DNA from: an uncultured virus (IMG/VR IMGVR_UViG_3300028805_000054)
Lineage: Duplodnaviria > Heunggongvirae > Uroviricota > Caudoviricetes
Direction: 5' to 3' (one strand)
Length of the DNA stretch: 64,000 bases
Virus record (IMG/VR): IMGVR_UViG_3300028805_000054
Shown here in pieces: positions 18,004 through 26,446 of the stretch. The first letter of the stretch is position 1. Each line of letters begins with the position of its first letter. The notes under the pieces were generated by a model. That model saw nothing but the letters and a program-made list of their open reading frames with translations, did not search any database and was not told where the DNA came from. The position numbers were made by a program, and so were the translations under genes.

Positions 18004-20091
18004 CTATTCCTCCCTTAGTTTCTTTAACTGCTCATATAACCCCATAAGACAAGTACCGTCTTTCTCAGCAGCAAGTCTTAATACTTCAAGTTCGTTATCA
18101 CTCGGCTTCCAAGTGTATCTGTCTTTGATGGATTTGAGTTTTCTTACACAAGCAATTAAATCTGTATGTGATATGTTTCCCAAATGATTTTGCCTGTCTA
18201 AAATATCAATTACGATTTGAAATAAACGTTCATCCTCTTCACCCCACTCTTTACTTGGTACAAGTCCTAAAAGAAAGTTTGCTTGCTCTTTTATTGCATT
18301 TGTATCATTTGGATCTAATCCTGCATTTTGACCAAAGAAAGAGTCACCTATGTGCATCATTGTATTTTCAAAGACAGTCAAGTCACTTGTATTCTCTTGT
18401 TTCCATTCATATTGCAATCGTACTCTGTTTTCAATGGATTTGAGCCAGTTTTGTTCTTCCTTTGTACAATCAATATCCTCTATTAAACTAATACAATTAT
18501 CTAACAGACGAGCATCCTCTTCACTCCAAGCAGGCTTTTGTTTTATTAACAAAGAATATAATTCCTTACACATAGCATGTATATCATATCCTCGATTAGG
18601 GAGCTCTATATCATACTGTCTTGCCTTCAGTTCAAACGCTTCTTGGAAATCCTTTAAGGAAATAAGGGGTTTTTCTTCAGGGTTTTGCTCAATCTTCCTC
18701 AACTGCTTTAGTTCAACATCCCATTCATAGCCAGCTTCCGTAATTGCTTTTTCAAGTTGTTCATGTTGTTCTTTGGTAGCTGGATAAAAAGCAGTCTTAT
18801 TTTGTAAGGTATCTACATAAAAACTTGGATTAGAACCCATATAATGATATGTGCAATAACATTTAATATTCAAACCATCAATTTCTTTAAACAGCACTAA
18901 ACATTCATGAGCAGCAAGCACATCACCATCCTTTGCATCTTGGATTGTCCATTTGTGCCAATTCTTAATATCAGGAACATCTGCATAGTGGTCTCCAAAA
19001 TAGGCATGATAACCCCACTCGTGAATTTCATCAATTTTTCCAACAAGAATACCATTGGTAATTAAATCACCTATCTCAAACTTTGGTTCAACCTTATTAA
19101 CAGCTCCGATCTTATTTAATCGCTTATGTTCTGAGTCCCAATTATATCCTGCTTCTTTCATTTTCTGGAATAGGTGATCTCGTTGTTCCTTAGTGGCTGG
19201 AAAACTTCCCCTTATATTATGACTTCCAACCATATCAACAAACACATCGGAATCTAAATCTACATAACAGAAAGACCTAAATGTTGTTTCTGAATTTGGA
19301 GTGGGGCTTTGATAAATTGTAACATATCTAGAACCCTCAACGATTATGTCTCCAGGTCTTACATCATTAATTGTCCAGAGATGAATTTCATTTTCCCACT
19401 CGAAAGGTAAACACTCTTCTCCACTTACATATCCCTGCTCTGTTATCTCCTCTACCAAGAAAGGCTCATGACTACGATACTGTAACCAATCTCCCTTCTT
19501 GAACATTGGCTTAGTTTTTCCAAAGAGTTCAAATATATCGATCTCCTCACGCACCAGAGATGAATCCTTTATGAAAACCGTCTCATTCTCGTATTCATGA
19601 TATTCTGTGGCAAGGTAGCGAGTGAATACAAATCCTTTCTTAATCAGTTCTTCCGCATCGTTTAAAGAATACCAATGGAGCAGATCTTCTTTTCGGGAGC
19701 AGGATGAAAACCAATCACGCCCATCCTGTTTATATCTTTCGTCGTAATCCATTGGCAGATCTTTAGTCTTACATCCAACCAAAGATCCTATACCCTCTTC
19801 AAAACACCACTTCCCTTCACCATTATACCAAAGACCACAAGTTCCATCCTTATATTCCAAACGATATAGCCATTTAGGAGGAACCAAACCCTTAAGCCAA
19901 TCTATACATTCATCTATTTCAACAGTAGATGCATGATGAGATTTCTGTAGCTCCAAAAAATGAATACAATTTTCTTTTATTCTTTCCCTATCGTCTTTCT
20001 TTAGTTCTGGAAGGATCGTTTCTAAGGCTTCTCTATCTTCATCTGCCAAAACCCAACCTCTCATTACATTTATTGCTTCTTCTCTTGTCAT
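18004..20091 (-). CDS. Mosaic repeat-containing hypothetical protein
   Basis: Two copies of WTI.D...GD...PATKEQ...AGY.WD; WSEED/WGEED repeats. Confidence 0.8.
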   Translation of the reverse strand: MTREEAINVMRGWVLADEDREALETILPELKKDDRERIKENCIHFLELQKSHHASTVEIDECIDWLKGLVPPKWLYRLEYKDGTCGLWYNGEGKWCFEEGIGSLVGCKTKDLPMDYDERYKQDGRDWFSSCSRKEDLLHWYSLNDAEELIKKGFVFTRYLATEYHEYENETVFIKDSSLVREEIDIFELFGKTKPMFKKGDWLQYRSHEPFLVEEITEQGYVSGEECLPFEWENEIHLWTINDVRPGDIIVEGSRYVTIYQSPTPNSETTFRSFCYVDLDSDVFVDMVGSHNIRGSFPATKEQRDHLFQKMKEAGYNWDSEHKRLNKIGAVNKVEPKFEIGDLITNGILVGKIDEIHEWGYHAYFGDHYADVPDIKNWHKWTIQDAKDGDVLAAHECLVLFKEIDGLNIKCYCTYHYMGSNPSFYVDTLQNKTAFYPATKEQHEQLEKAITEAGYEWDVELKQLRKIEQNPEEKPLISLKDFQEAFELKARQYDIELPNRGYDIHAMCKELYSLLIKQKPAWSEEDARLLDNCISLIEDIDCTKEEQNWLKSIENRVRLQYEWKQENTSDLTVFENTMMHIGDSFFGQNAGLDPNDTNAIKEQANFLLGLVPSKEWGEEDERLFQIVIDILDRQNHLGNISHTDLIACVRKLKSIKDRYTWKPSDNELEVLRLAAEKDGTCLMGLYEQLKKLREE

Positions 20092-20136
20092 AAGTAATAT
20101 TTATTATTACGATTTACGATTATATTTTTATTCATC

Positions 20137-20147
20137 TATATATAAGG
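20137..20147 (-). promoter_or_regulatory. Promoter-like motif CCTTATATATA
   Basis: Recurrent motif upstream of an operon. Confidence 0.65.
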
Positions 20148-20177
20148 TGTTGGCGTCTCTTATAAAAGAAGACTATA

Positions 20178-20411
20178 CTGTGGGGAAGAAACAGAGGGAA
20201 AGTGGAGGGCGTGAAAATTTAGGGTGGGATTTTCAAGGAGGAATTTTTTGCATATGCCTTTTTCACCTCCTTATTCTTCCACCCTTTTCCCTTACGCCAA
20301 AATGTGATAGAGTCGGAAGAAAAACACAAGAAATAACTGTGTGCGAAGCGATAAAGAAACTTGTGTGAAAATCTCGACTCTCCATAAATCCCTCTGTAAA
20401 AATTCCCACAG
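20178..20411. repeat. Branched ladder element 6 (between divergent promoters)
   Basis: ctgtggg/cccacag; acagaggga/tccctctgt; ggcgt/acgcc; agggtgg/ccaccct; aaggagg-(gcatatgc)-cctcctt; agagtcg/cgactct; acacaag-(gcgaagc)-cttgtgt. Confidence 0.92.
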
Positions 20412-20429
20412 AAAATTTTACCTCGATTC

Positions 20430-20440
20430 CCTTATATATG
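20430..20440 (+). promoter_or_regulatory. Promoter-like motif CCTTATATATG
   Basis: Consensus copy 20 nt upstream of ATG 20460. Confidence 0.7.
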
Positions 20441-20459
20441 AAAATAAAAGAGAAAGAAA

Positions 20460-21473
20460 ATGAAAATAGAAAAATTTGAAGACCTAGTACCGTATATTGG
20501 AAGAGTGGTATGTTATTGGTATAAGGATGAAGGGAAAGCTGAATATCCTTTCATCGACAATATTACATCCTATATCAAGAAAGCGGCGGATGGACTTGGA
20601 ATTGATTATAACAGTCTATACAATGATCTAAAGTCTAACATGTCTTATTACTTTTCGGATCCATACCAAGGAGCAATGAAATCTAGTGAAGAGTTAACTC
20701 ATATTATAGACGATTCACGAGTTCTTTGGCTTACTGATGTTGCTTGGGATAATGAGACAGGAGAAGTAGTAAGGAAAAATCTAAAGAAGGTGGTAGCTAG
20801 ATTTGAAATTTCTCTTCTTTATGAGACCCCTTTCTCCAGTGATAAAGGAAAGGTTACTGGAGAATTAAAGCCAGCAAAGAATTATGGGAGTAAGAAGTCA
20901 AAGAAAATGGATTTACAAGATGTGGTTAGATTTTATCCAGAGCCAGATTCATCTTCTTTCGTTTCTCAAAGTACTATGATTTGGGAATATCCAGAGTTTT
21001 ATTCTCTATTTACTACAGAGGAAGAGGCCAAAAAATTCATAGATTCAGTAAAGCCTAAAGAGAAAAAGAAGCCAAAGGTAAAGAAAACCTATGAAAAATT
21101 CTTGGAGGAAGCTGATAAACTAGGAGCGGAGCAGATACAAGAATTGATAGAAGAGTTGGAGAAATTGTATGATAATAAGATAGATGAACTCGATTTAAAT
21201 CCTCTTCAAGTTGCTCTTACCTATCAAGACAAAGCAGATCAAGTTGATTCTTCCATTATAGGAGAAGAAACCGCGATAAGAGATTGGATAGATAAAAACA
21301 TGGATCCTTATCGATATGAAACTGTTGAGTATAGAAATATCTTAGATCGAATCCTGGAAGAATATGATGAAGGAGTCGAGTGGAAAGATATCAAAGAAGA
21401 AGATCAAGAGGTTATTTCAGAGATCGCCAATGAACTTAGAGGTGGATGTAAAGGATTTAAGTGGGATTGGTAA
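20460..21473 (+). CDS. hypothetical protein
   Basis: 337-aa ORF. Confidence 0.8.
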   Translation: MKIEKFEDLVPYIGRVVCYWYKDEGKAEYPFIDNITSYIKKAADGLGIDYNSLYNDLKSNMSYYFSDPYQGAMKSSEELTHIIDDSRVLWLTDVAWDNETGEVVRKNLKKVVARFEISLLYETPFSSDKGKVTGELKPAKNYGSKKSKKMDLQDVVRFYPEPDSSSFVSQSTMIWEYPEFYSLFTTEEEAKKFIDSVKPKEKKKPKVKKTYEKFLEEADKLGAEQIQELIEELEKLYDNKIDELDLNPLQVALTYQDKADQVDSSIIGEETAIRDWIDKNMDPYRYETVEYRNILDRILEEYDEGVEWKDIKEEDQEVISEIANELRGGCKGFKWDW

Positions 21474-21474
21474 T

Positions 21475-22371
21475 ATGACATTGTACGAATTTTTAATGCA
21501 GAGTCCGAAGCAAATTCAGGCTGCTTTTAGAGAGAAGGATTGGTTTGACACATATCATAAAGTTCCGGCCGATATTCCAAGCTGGTGTAAATGTTTTGGC
21601 CTTACACCGGACCATAGGATTACTTATTATGGAAATTGTAGAAGTGTTTATTTCTATATTGATGAAGAAATTCCTGGAAGCTGGTTTGGTCACATTGAAT
21701 ACGAACTTAGTCTTAGTGTGACAGGCCGAAATCATAAAATAGTAGTTCATTTCTTAGGTTTTAGCTGTGCCCATTCTACTTCAGATAGCCCGGACATAGG
21801 ATCAGATAAATATGTCCCCGGTTATGATCCAAAAAAGAATGAAGCATGTTACAATGATCTTGGTTTCGATATAGAGCCTGCCATGTTTTCTGATGGTTAC
21901 AAGAAAGATGGAGATTATAAGTTCTACACCTGGAAAGATGGAACACCTATAAAAGAATATCATGATCGACTTTTAAAGATCGTCAAAGATATTGAGCCAT
22001 ATTTCAAAGAAGTTTATGATTCTTTCCATTCTGGTTTGTTCAAGAAGTTGTGGAAAAAGTATTATACTCGTGAACTTGTAAAAGGAGATATGACTAATGA
22101 TGGATTTGGAGTAGGACTGAGAGGATTAGTCTGTCTTATGTACTTCGGAGAAAACGTGTTGGATAGAAAAATTAGTTTAGAGGAAGCTGTTGCACTGTCC
22201 TCGAAGGTTTATGGGAAAAATTTATTCCCTTTCCGTGATAAAGAGCCTAATAAAGATGAGGAGCTTCTTTGTAGTATCATGTTTTATTGCAGAGGTGGAT
22301 TTTTCAATGAAGATCTTAAGACAGTAACTCTCAAATGGTTTGAAACACAGATAAAGGGATGTATAAAGTAA
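21475..22371 (+). CDS. hypothetical protein (start at MTLYEF)
   Basis: Start immediately after the upstream stop. Confidence 0.75.
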   Translation: MTLYEFLMQSPKQIQAAFREKDWFDTYHKVPADIPSWCKCFGLTPDHRITYYGNCRSVYFYIDEEIPGSWFGHIEYELSLSVTGRNHKIVVHFLGFSCAHSTSDSPDIGSDKYVPGYDPKKNEACYNDLGFDIEPAMFSDGYKKDGDYKFYTWKDGTPIKEYHDRLLKIVKDIEPYFKEVYDSFHSGLFKKLWKKYYTRELVKGDMTNDGFGVGLRGLVCLMYFGENVLDRKISLEEAVALSSKVYGKNLFPFRDKEPNKDEELLCSIMFYCRGGFFNEDLKTVTLKWFETQIKGCIK

Positions 22372-22540
22372 AGAAGCGTGATGGTGAAACAATCGAAGAA
22401 TATCTGATAAGAAGATATAAAAGACATCAGAGGAAATTAAAAGGTTACTGCAGTATAGCCGAAACAGATAAACTTTGGAGTGCTATAGATGAACTTAGAG
22501 AAATTTTGGAGGGCCTTGGAATAAAAATAGAGTAGGAGAT

Positions 22541-22891
22541 TCAAACTCCTACTTTTTCTTTCTTTTTTACCTTATATCCTTTTGCACTAAGATATTCTTT
22601 TTCTTTTCTCTTAACATATTCTATAGCAACATCTAGAGACATTCCGCGTTTGCTCTCTATGTACAGTCCCATATCCTCTTGATCAGTTTGCCAAAGAAAA
22701 GGTAACCCTAAAAAACCATTTATTTCTACATTATAATCAACCTTTCCAGAGACATGAGTAATCTTTATTATTCTTCTCTTGTGAAAAATCATTTTATTTT
22801 TTAGAATAACACAAGAGGATTTAATAATAAAAACTACAATCGCTGCCAATAAGAATATTCCTATAATGCACAGATAACCACCGATCCTCAT
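22541..22891 (-). CDS. membrane-anchored hypothetical protein
   Basis: N-terminal TM. Confidence 0.65.
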   Translation of the reverse strand: MRIGGYLCIIGIFLLAAIVVFIIKSSCVILKNKMIFHKRRIIKITHVSGKVDYNVEINGFLGLPFLWQTDQEDMGLYIESKRGMSLDVAIEYVKRKEKEYLSAKGYKVKKKEKVGV

Positions 22892-23169
22892 TTCTTCATT
22901 TCATCTTTATAAACTACTATAGAATCTGTTACGACTCCATCTTTAACCGTATATTCTAAGGTTGTTTTACCCTGATATACTTCGATTGCTTTTGGCTCGT
23001 GATATTCCTTCACACCAAACCAGAACAAGAAAATTACCACAAAACCCAGACTAATACCAACCCCAACTGTTCCCGGCTCTCTGTGTGATGCTCCATATCC
23101 AACCAAGACTATAGCAACAAAGATCAGGATAGTCACGCTGAACCCTAAATATAATGCTAAGATGCCCAT
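22888..23169 (-). CDS. membrane protein
   Basis: Two TM segments + AIEVYQGKTTLE motif. Confidence 0.7.
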   Translation of the reverse strand: MGILALYLGFSVTILIFVAIVLVGYGASHREPGTVGVGISLGFVVIFLFWFGVKEYHEPKAIEVYQGKTTLEYTVKDGVVTDSIVVYKDEMKK

Positions 23170-23301
23170 TTTTCTTTGATCCAGTCTAAAAGTTCACCAT
23201 ATACTTCTCTCCGGATTCTCGCCTCTGAAGATCGTAAGAAAGTAAGATCTGATTTTCTTCTTTCAATCTCTTCTACCAACTCTTTAATTTGTTCATCCAT
23301 A

Positions 23302-23661
23302 CTATTTTTCAGTTTTTGATTTTATAAGTTCAAGTACTTTTTCAATCCATTCTTTAGGTTCATCCTCTAAAGGTCCATCACCGAGAGCATTCCAGGATAC
23401 CCAGATTGTCCCAGCATGTTCGTAGAAAGTATAGAAGTCTTCATCTGTTGGCACTACTTCATAATGTTTCTCCCAAAATTCATCAGAGCCATCATTCATA
23501 ACGCCATTTTCCAGTTTTACCATAAGGATAGCTAATTCTTTGTTCTCCTCTTTGGTAAACTCTAGATCACATACTCGATTTCCTGGTAGACCTTTTTCTT
23601 TTCTCGTCCGATCTTGCCACTTCTTCAATAATTTTGCTACTTCTTTAATTTGCTCGTTCAT
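23302..23661 (-). CDS. hypothetical protein
   Basis: Operon ORF. Confidence 0.7.
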   Translation of the reverse strand: MNEQIKEVAKLLKKWQDRTRKEKGLPGNRVCDLEFTKEENKELAILMVKLENGVMNDGSDEFWEKHYEVVPTDEDFYTFYEHAGTIWVSWNALGDGPLEDEPKEWIEKVLELIKSKTEK

Positions 23662-23663
23662 AT

Positions 23664-24263
23664 CTATATCTTATAATCATCTTTAGTAAATTCGATCGGG
23701 AAAGCTTTATAACCACTCCCCACATATTCTTTCATCAGGTTCATAAAATAGGAAACACTAAGATATCTAACCCTGACTCTACTTCTTGGTCCAGGTTTTA
23801 TATTCACTTCATCTATCTTCCCATTCTTCTTAAGATTATACCACAGGAAGACGGGATGTTGTTTTCCATTATACCCCACTCCAAAATTCTGCATAAAAAT
23901 TTCATATGGTTCTTTCAGGGCATAACATATGGGGACAGAATCAATGGGGTATTCTTTGTCCCCGGTCATTACAAAACCAAGCGCATGTTCTTTCTCATAT
24001 ACCCTAAGTCCTTCTAAGTTTCCGTCCTCTAATAACCGAGACTTGATATTATCCTTTCTCGTGTTGTAAGGAAAATCTAAGGTTATACCAGCTCCAATAA
24101 ATGCTCTCCTCATCGGTTCACCACACAAAAGAGCAGGCATATATTGAATCTCTAATATTATCTCCTCCGTTCTCCCTACATGATGCCAGAAACGACGAAA
24201 AACTGTGTCAAGGAAAAATTCTAAACTAATCTCCTGCCATTCCGATTTCTGTCCAGTCATCAT
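23664..24263 (-). CDS. hypothetical protein
   Basis: Operon ORF. Confidence 0.7.
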   Translation of the reverse strand: MMTGQKSEWQEISLEFFLDTVFRRFWHHVGRTEEIILEIQYMPALLCGEPMRRAFIGAGITLDFPYNTRKDNIKSRLLEDGNLEGLRVYEKEHALGFVMTGDKEYPIDSVPICYALKEPYEIFMQNFGVGYNGKQHPVFLWYNLKKNGKIDEVNIKPGPRSRVRVRYLSVSYFMNLMKEYVGSGYKAFPIEFTKDDYKI

Positions 24264-24552
24264 AAATTGGAATCTTGTATGTTTCTTTTGTTATCATATT
24301 TTCAAATACCAGCTCCTCAATACCCTCGTGATAATGGAACAGAATTTCTTTGGTAACTGAGTCTTTGAAAAATAATGTTCCTTCTCCGATTTTATATGGT
24401 TCTAGACGTTCAGGAGAGTAGGAGAATTTAAGACCGGAATCAAGCAGAAAACTAACCTCTATTCCTAATCCCTTCAAAAATTGGTTCACTCCTTCTGGTC
24501 CATCTACATCTGGCCATATTGGACGGTACAGAATAACTTCACCTTTCTGCAT
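24226..24552 (-). CDS. hypothetical protein
   Basis: Downstream of promoter motif 24585-24595. Confidence 0.7.
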   Translation of the reverse strand: MQKGEVILYRPIWPDVDGPEGVNQFLKGLGIEVSFLLDSGLKFSYSPERLEPYKIGEGTLFFKDSVTKEILFHYHEGIEELVFENMITKETYKIPIYDDWTEIGMAGD

Positions 24553-24599
24553 ATTTTTTTACTTCTACTCATAATTATTTTCATCATATATAAGGTCTT

Positions 24600-24717
24600 C
24601 ACGCCGGTCCATATTACAAGCGAGAACCGTCTAAATTACCACACAATTTTTGAACACGCGAAGCAAGAACCTAATTGTGTTTCTAAAGTAAATTTTCAAT
24701 TTACATATTCCGGCGTG
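24600..24717. repeat. Ladder element 7 (between divergent promoters 24585-24595 and 24724-24734)
   Basis: cacgccgg/ccggcgtg; acacaatt-(gcgaagc)-aattgtgt; gtaaatt/aatttac. Confidence 0.8.
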
Positions 24718-24777
24718 TCTATTCCTTATATTTGTACGTAGAGTTAAAATCATAAATTTTAACGAATAAAATTAACT

Positions 24778-24945
24778 ATGGAACAAGAAAGATTACAATT
24801 AGCGGGACAAGTTTTACAAGGATTACTAGAACGTGATACTGGTTGGACTTCGAAAATACTAGATGACGTTTTCTATGAGAGACTGGCCAAACATACAGTG
24901 AAAATTGTAGATGCTGTGTTGAAAGAGTTAAAAAGAGGAGTGTAA
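24778..24945 (+). CDS. small hypothetical protein (55 aa, not in ORF track)
   Basis: MEQERLQLAGQVLQGLL...VDAVLKELKRGV*; first gene after promoter 24724. Confidence 0.65.
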   Translation: MEQERLQLAGQVLQGLLERDTGWTSKILDDVFYERLAKHTVKIVDAVLKELKRGV

Positions 24946-24947
24946 TC

Positions 24948-25517
24948 ATGGAAGATTATTATAAAACTAAAGTAGGAATATTCTTAGGAAGTTTTGATCC
25001 TTTTCACACTGGACATAAGGAAGCAGTTTTGGAAGCCCTAAGACGTGGAATGGATTCGGTTTGGGTTGTGCCGTCTGTTTGGAATCCTTGGAAAGATAAG
25101 CAGCCAGTTCCCATCGATGAAAGATTCTGGATTGCTCACTATGAATTGGAGAAAATAGAAAACGCCAGAGTCTTAGCCGTTGTAACCGATCCTGACCCAA
25201 CCGACGGAAAATGGTATTCGGTAGATCAACTAAGGAAAATAATCAGGGGGTATGGATCTAAGAACTATGAATTTTGGATTATCGGCGGAAAAGATGTAAC
25301 CGAGGAAATAGAGAACTGGAAAGAAGGGGATTGGATCTTGGGAAACTTTAAAACCTTGGAAATAGAATTCAAACATCAAGGAGAAGAGGTTGAAAAAATT
25401 AGTAGTACCCAAATTAGAGAGTGGATTGGGAAACGAGAATGGGATAAACTGAAAGGATTAGTATGCCCAAAATCGATTAAGTACATTCGAAATCATGAAC
25501 TCTACGTTACTGGCTAA
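24948..25517 (+). CDS. nadD: Nicotinate/nicotinamide mononucleotide adenylyltransferase
   Basis: GSFDPFHTGH (HxGH), NPWK, IIGG, ISSTQIR. Confidence 0.88.
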   Translation: MEDYYKTKVGIFLGSFDPFHTGHKEAVLEALRRGMDSVWVVPSVWNPWKDKQPVPIDERFWIAHYELEKIENARVLAVVTDPDPTDGKWYSVDQLRKIIRGYGSKNYEFWIIGGKDVTEEIENWKEGDWILGNFKTLEIEFKHQGEEVEKISSTQIREWIGKREWDKLKGLVCPKSIKYIRNHELYVTG

Positions 25518-25905
25518 ACTGATCTATATTCCATTATTACAGACAGGACAAAAATTCGACACGTTCTATTCTCCCCTTATAGATGATTGGTGCTTGGATT
25601 TTATGGAGACTGGGTTATCTAATTATACAAGACGATTATTACACTCTTTCTATTATGAAACGATGGTATGTAAAACGCATGTCAACTGTAATCCGGGTAC
25701 CTTGGGTTTCGAACATCTAATTTTGTTGGACTGGGTAAGGTGGATAGAAGGAGATGCTGATAGACTAGAGGAGATTATAGATAGGTTATTCAAGTTTTAT
25801 ACAGAAGATCTTGGGGGACTTGATTGGTGGAAAACAGAAAAAGGATTACCATCAAGCCCAGAGGAAGCGTTGGAATGGTTTTTGGCATATGTTGAAAAAC
25901 TGTAA
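25495..25905 (+). CDS. hypothetical protein
   Basis: Operon ORF followed by a terminator. Confidence 0.7.
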   Translation: MNSTLLAKLIYIPLLQTGQKFDTFYSPLIDDWCLDFMETGLSNYTRRLLHSFYYETMVCKTHVNCNPGTLGFEHLILLDWVRWIEGDADRLEEIIDRLFKFYTEDLGGLDWWKTEKGLPSSPEEALEWFLAYVEKL

Positions 25906-25949
25906 GGGATTAGAGAATAAAACCTCTATCCCTCTTTATTTTTCCTGCC

Positions 25950-26200
25950 GTTGAGAAGCCAAAACCAAAGCTGCAACCCTAAAAGATTATGAAAGCTATA
26001 ACAAATGTGCCTATGCTTTTTACGTTACACAAAGCATTTCTCTGAGGTTAAGCCTTCCCGTGGCCACTTCGCTGTTACTCTCATTATTACTCTCTGCGCT
26101 CATAATAATTCGTTTCACTACGCTACGAACCCTTAACCTCTCAATTTCAATTACCCTTTCACTTCGTTTCAGGGATTAAAATTGAAAGATTCCCTATTTT
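25950..26200. other. Conserved structured non-coding element, copy 1 (upstream of helicase-like gene)
   Basis: Homologous to 53194-53481; stems atgcttt/aaagcat, gaggttaag/cttaacctc, tttcaatt/aattgaaa with variable interiors. Confidence 0.8.
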
Positions 26201-26285
26201 TCTAATTTCTAATTTTTAGAGTTATATAAGCATTAACGAAATTCTTACGTAAAATATAGAAAACTCTCCTATCAAGGCCTCAACT

Positions 26286-26296
26286 CCTAATATATG
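26286..26296 (+). promoter_or_regulatory. Promoter-like motif variant CCTAATATATG
   Basis: Same relative position as motif 53568-53578 in the paralogous locus. Confidence 0.55.
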
Positions 26297-26446
26297 TAAA
26301 AGGATCTCTACTGATGTTAGAGAAAAGAGAGCTAAAGTTTAAAATACGCTTTAGCGGATTTTGTGAAAGACTGTGATGTAATCCAGGCTTTCATTTGTTT
26401 CAAAACATTAATCGTTATAATAGAATTATAACTAAAATTAACAATT

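Noticed and set aside
23850..23966. Possible additional ladder (atacccca/tggggtat, ttctg/cagaa, catatg/catatg)
   Set aside because: Only one strong stem and irregular spacing; could be chance.
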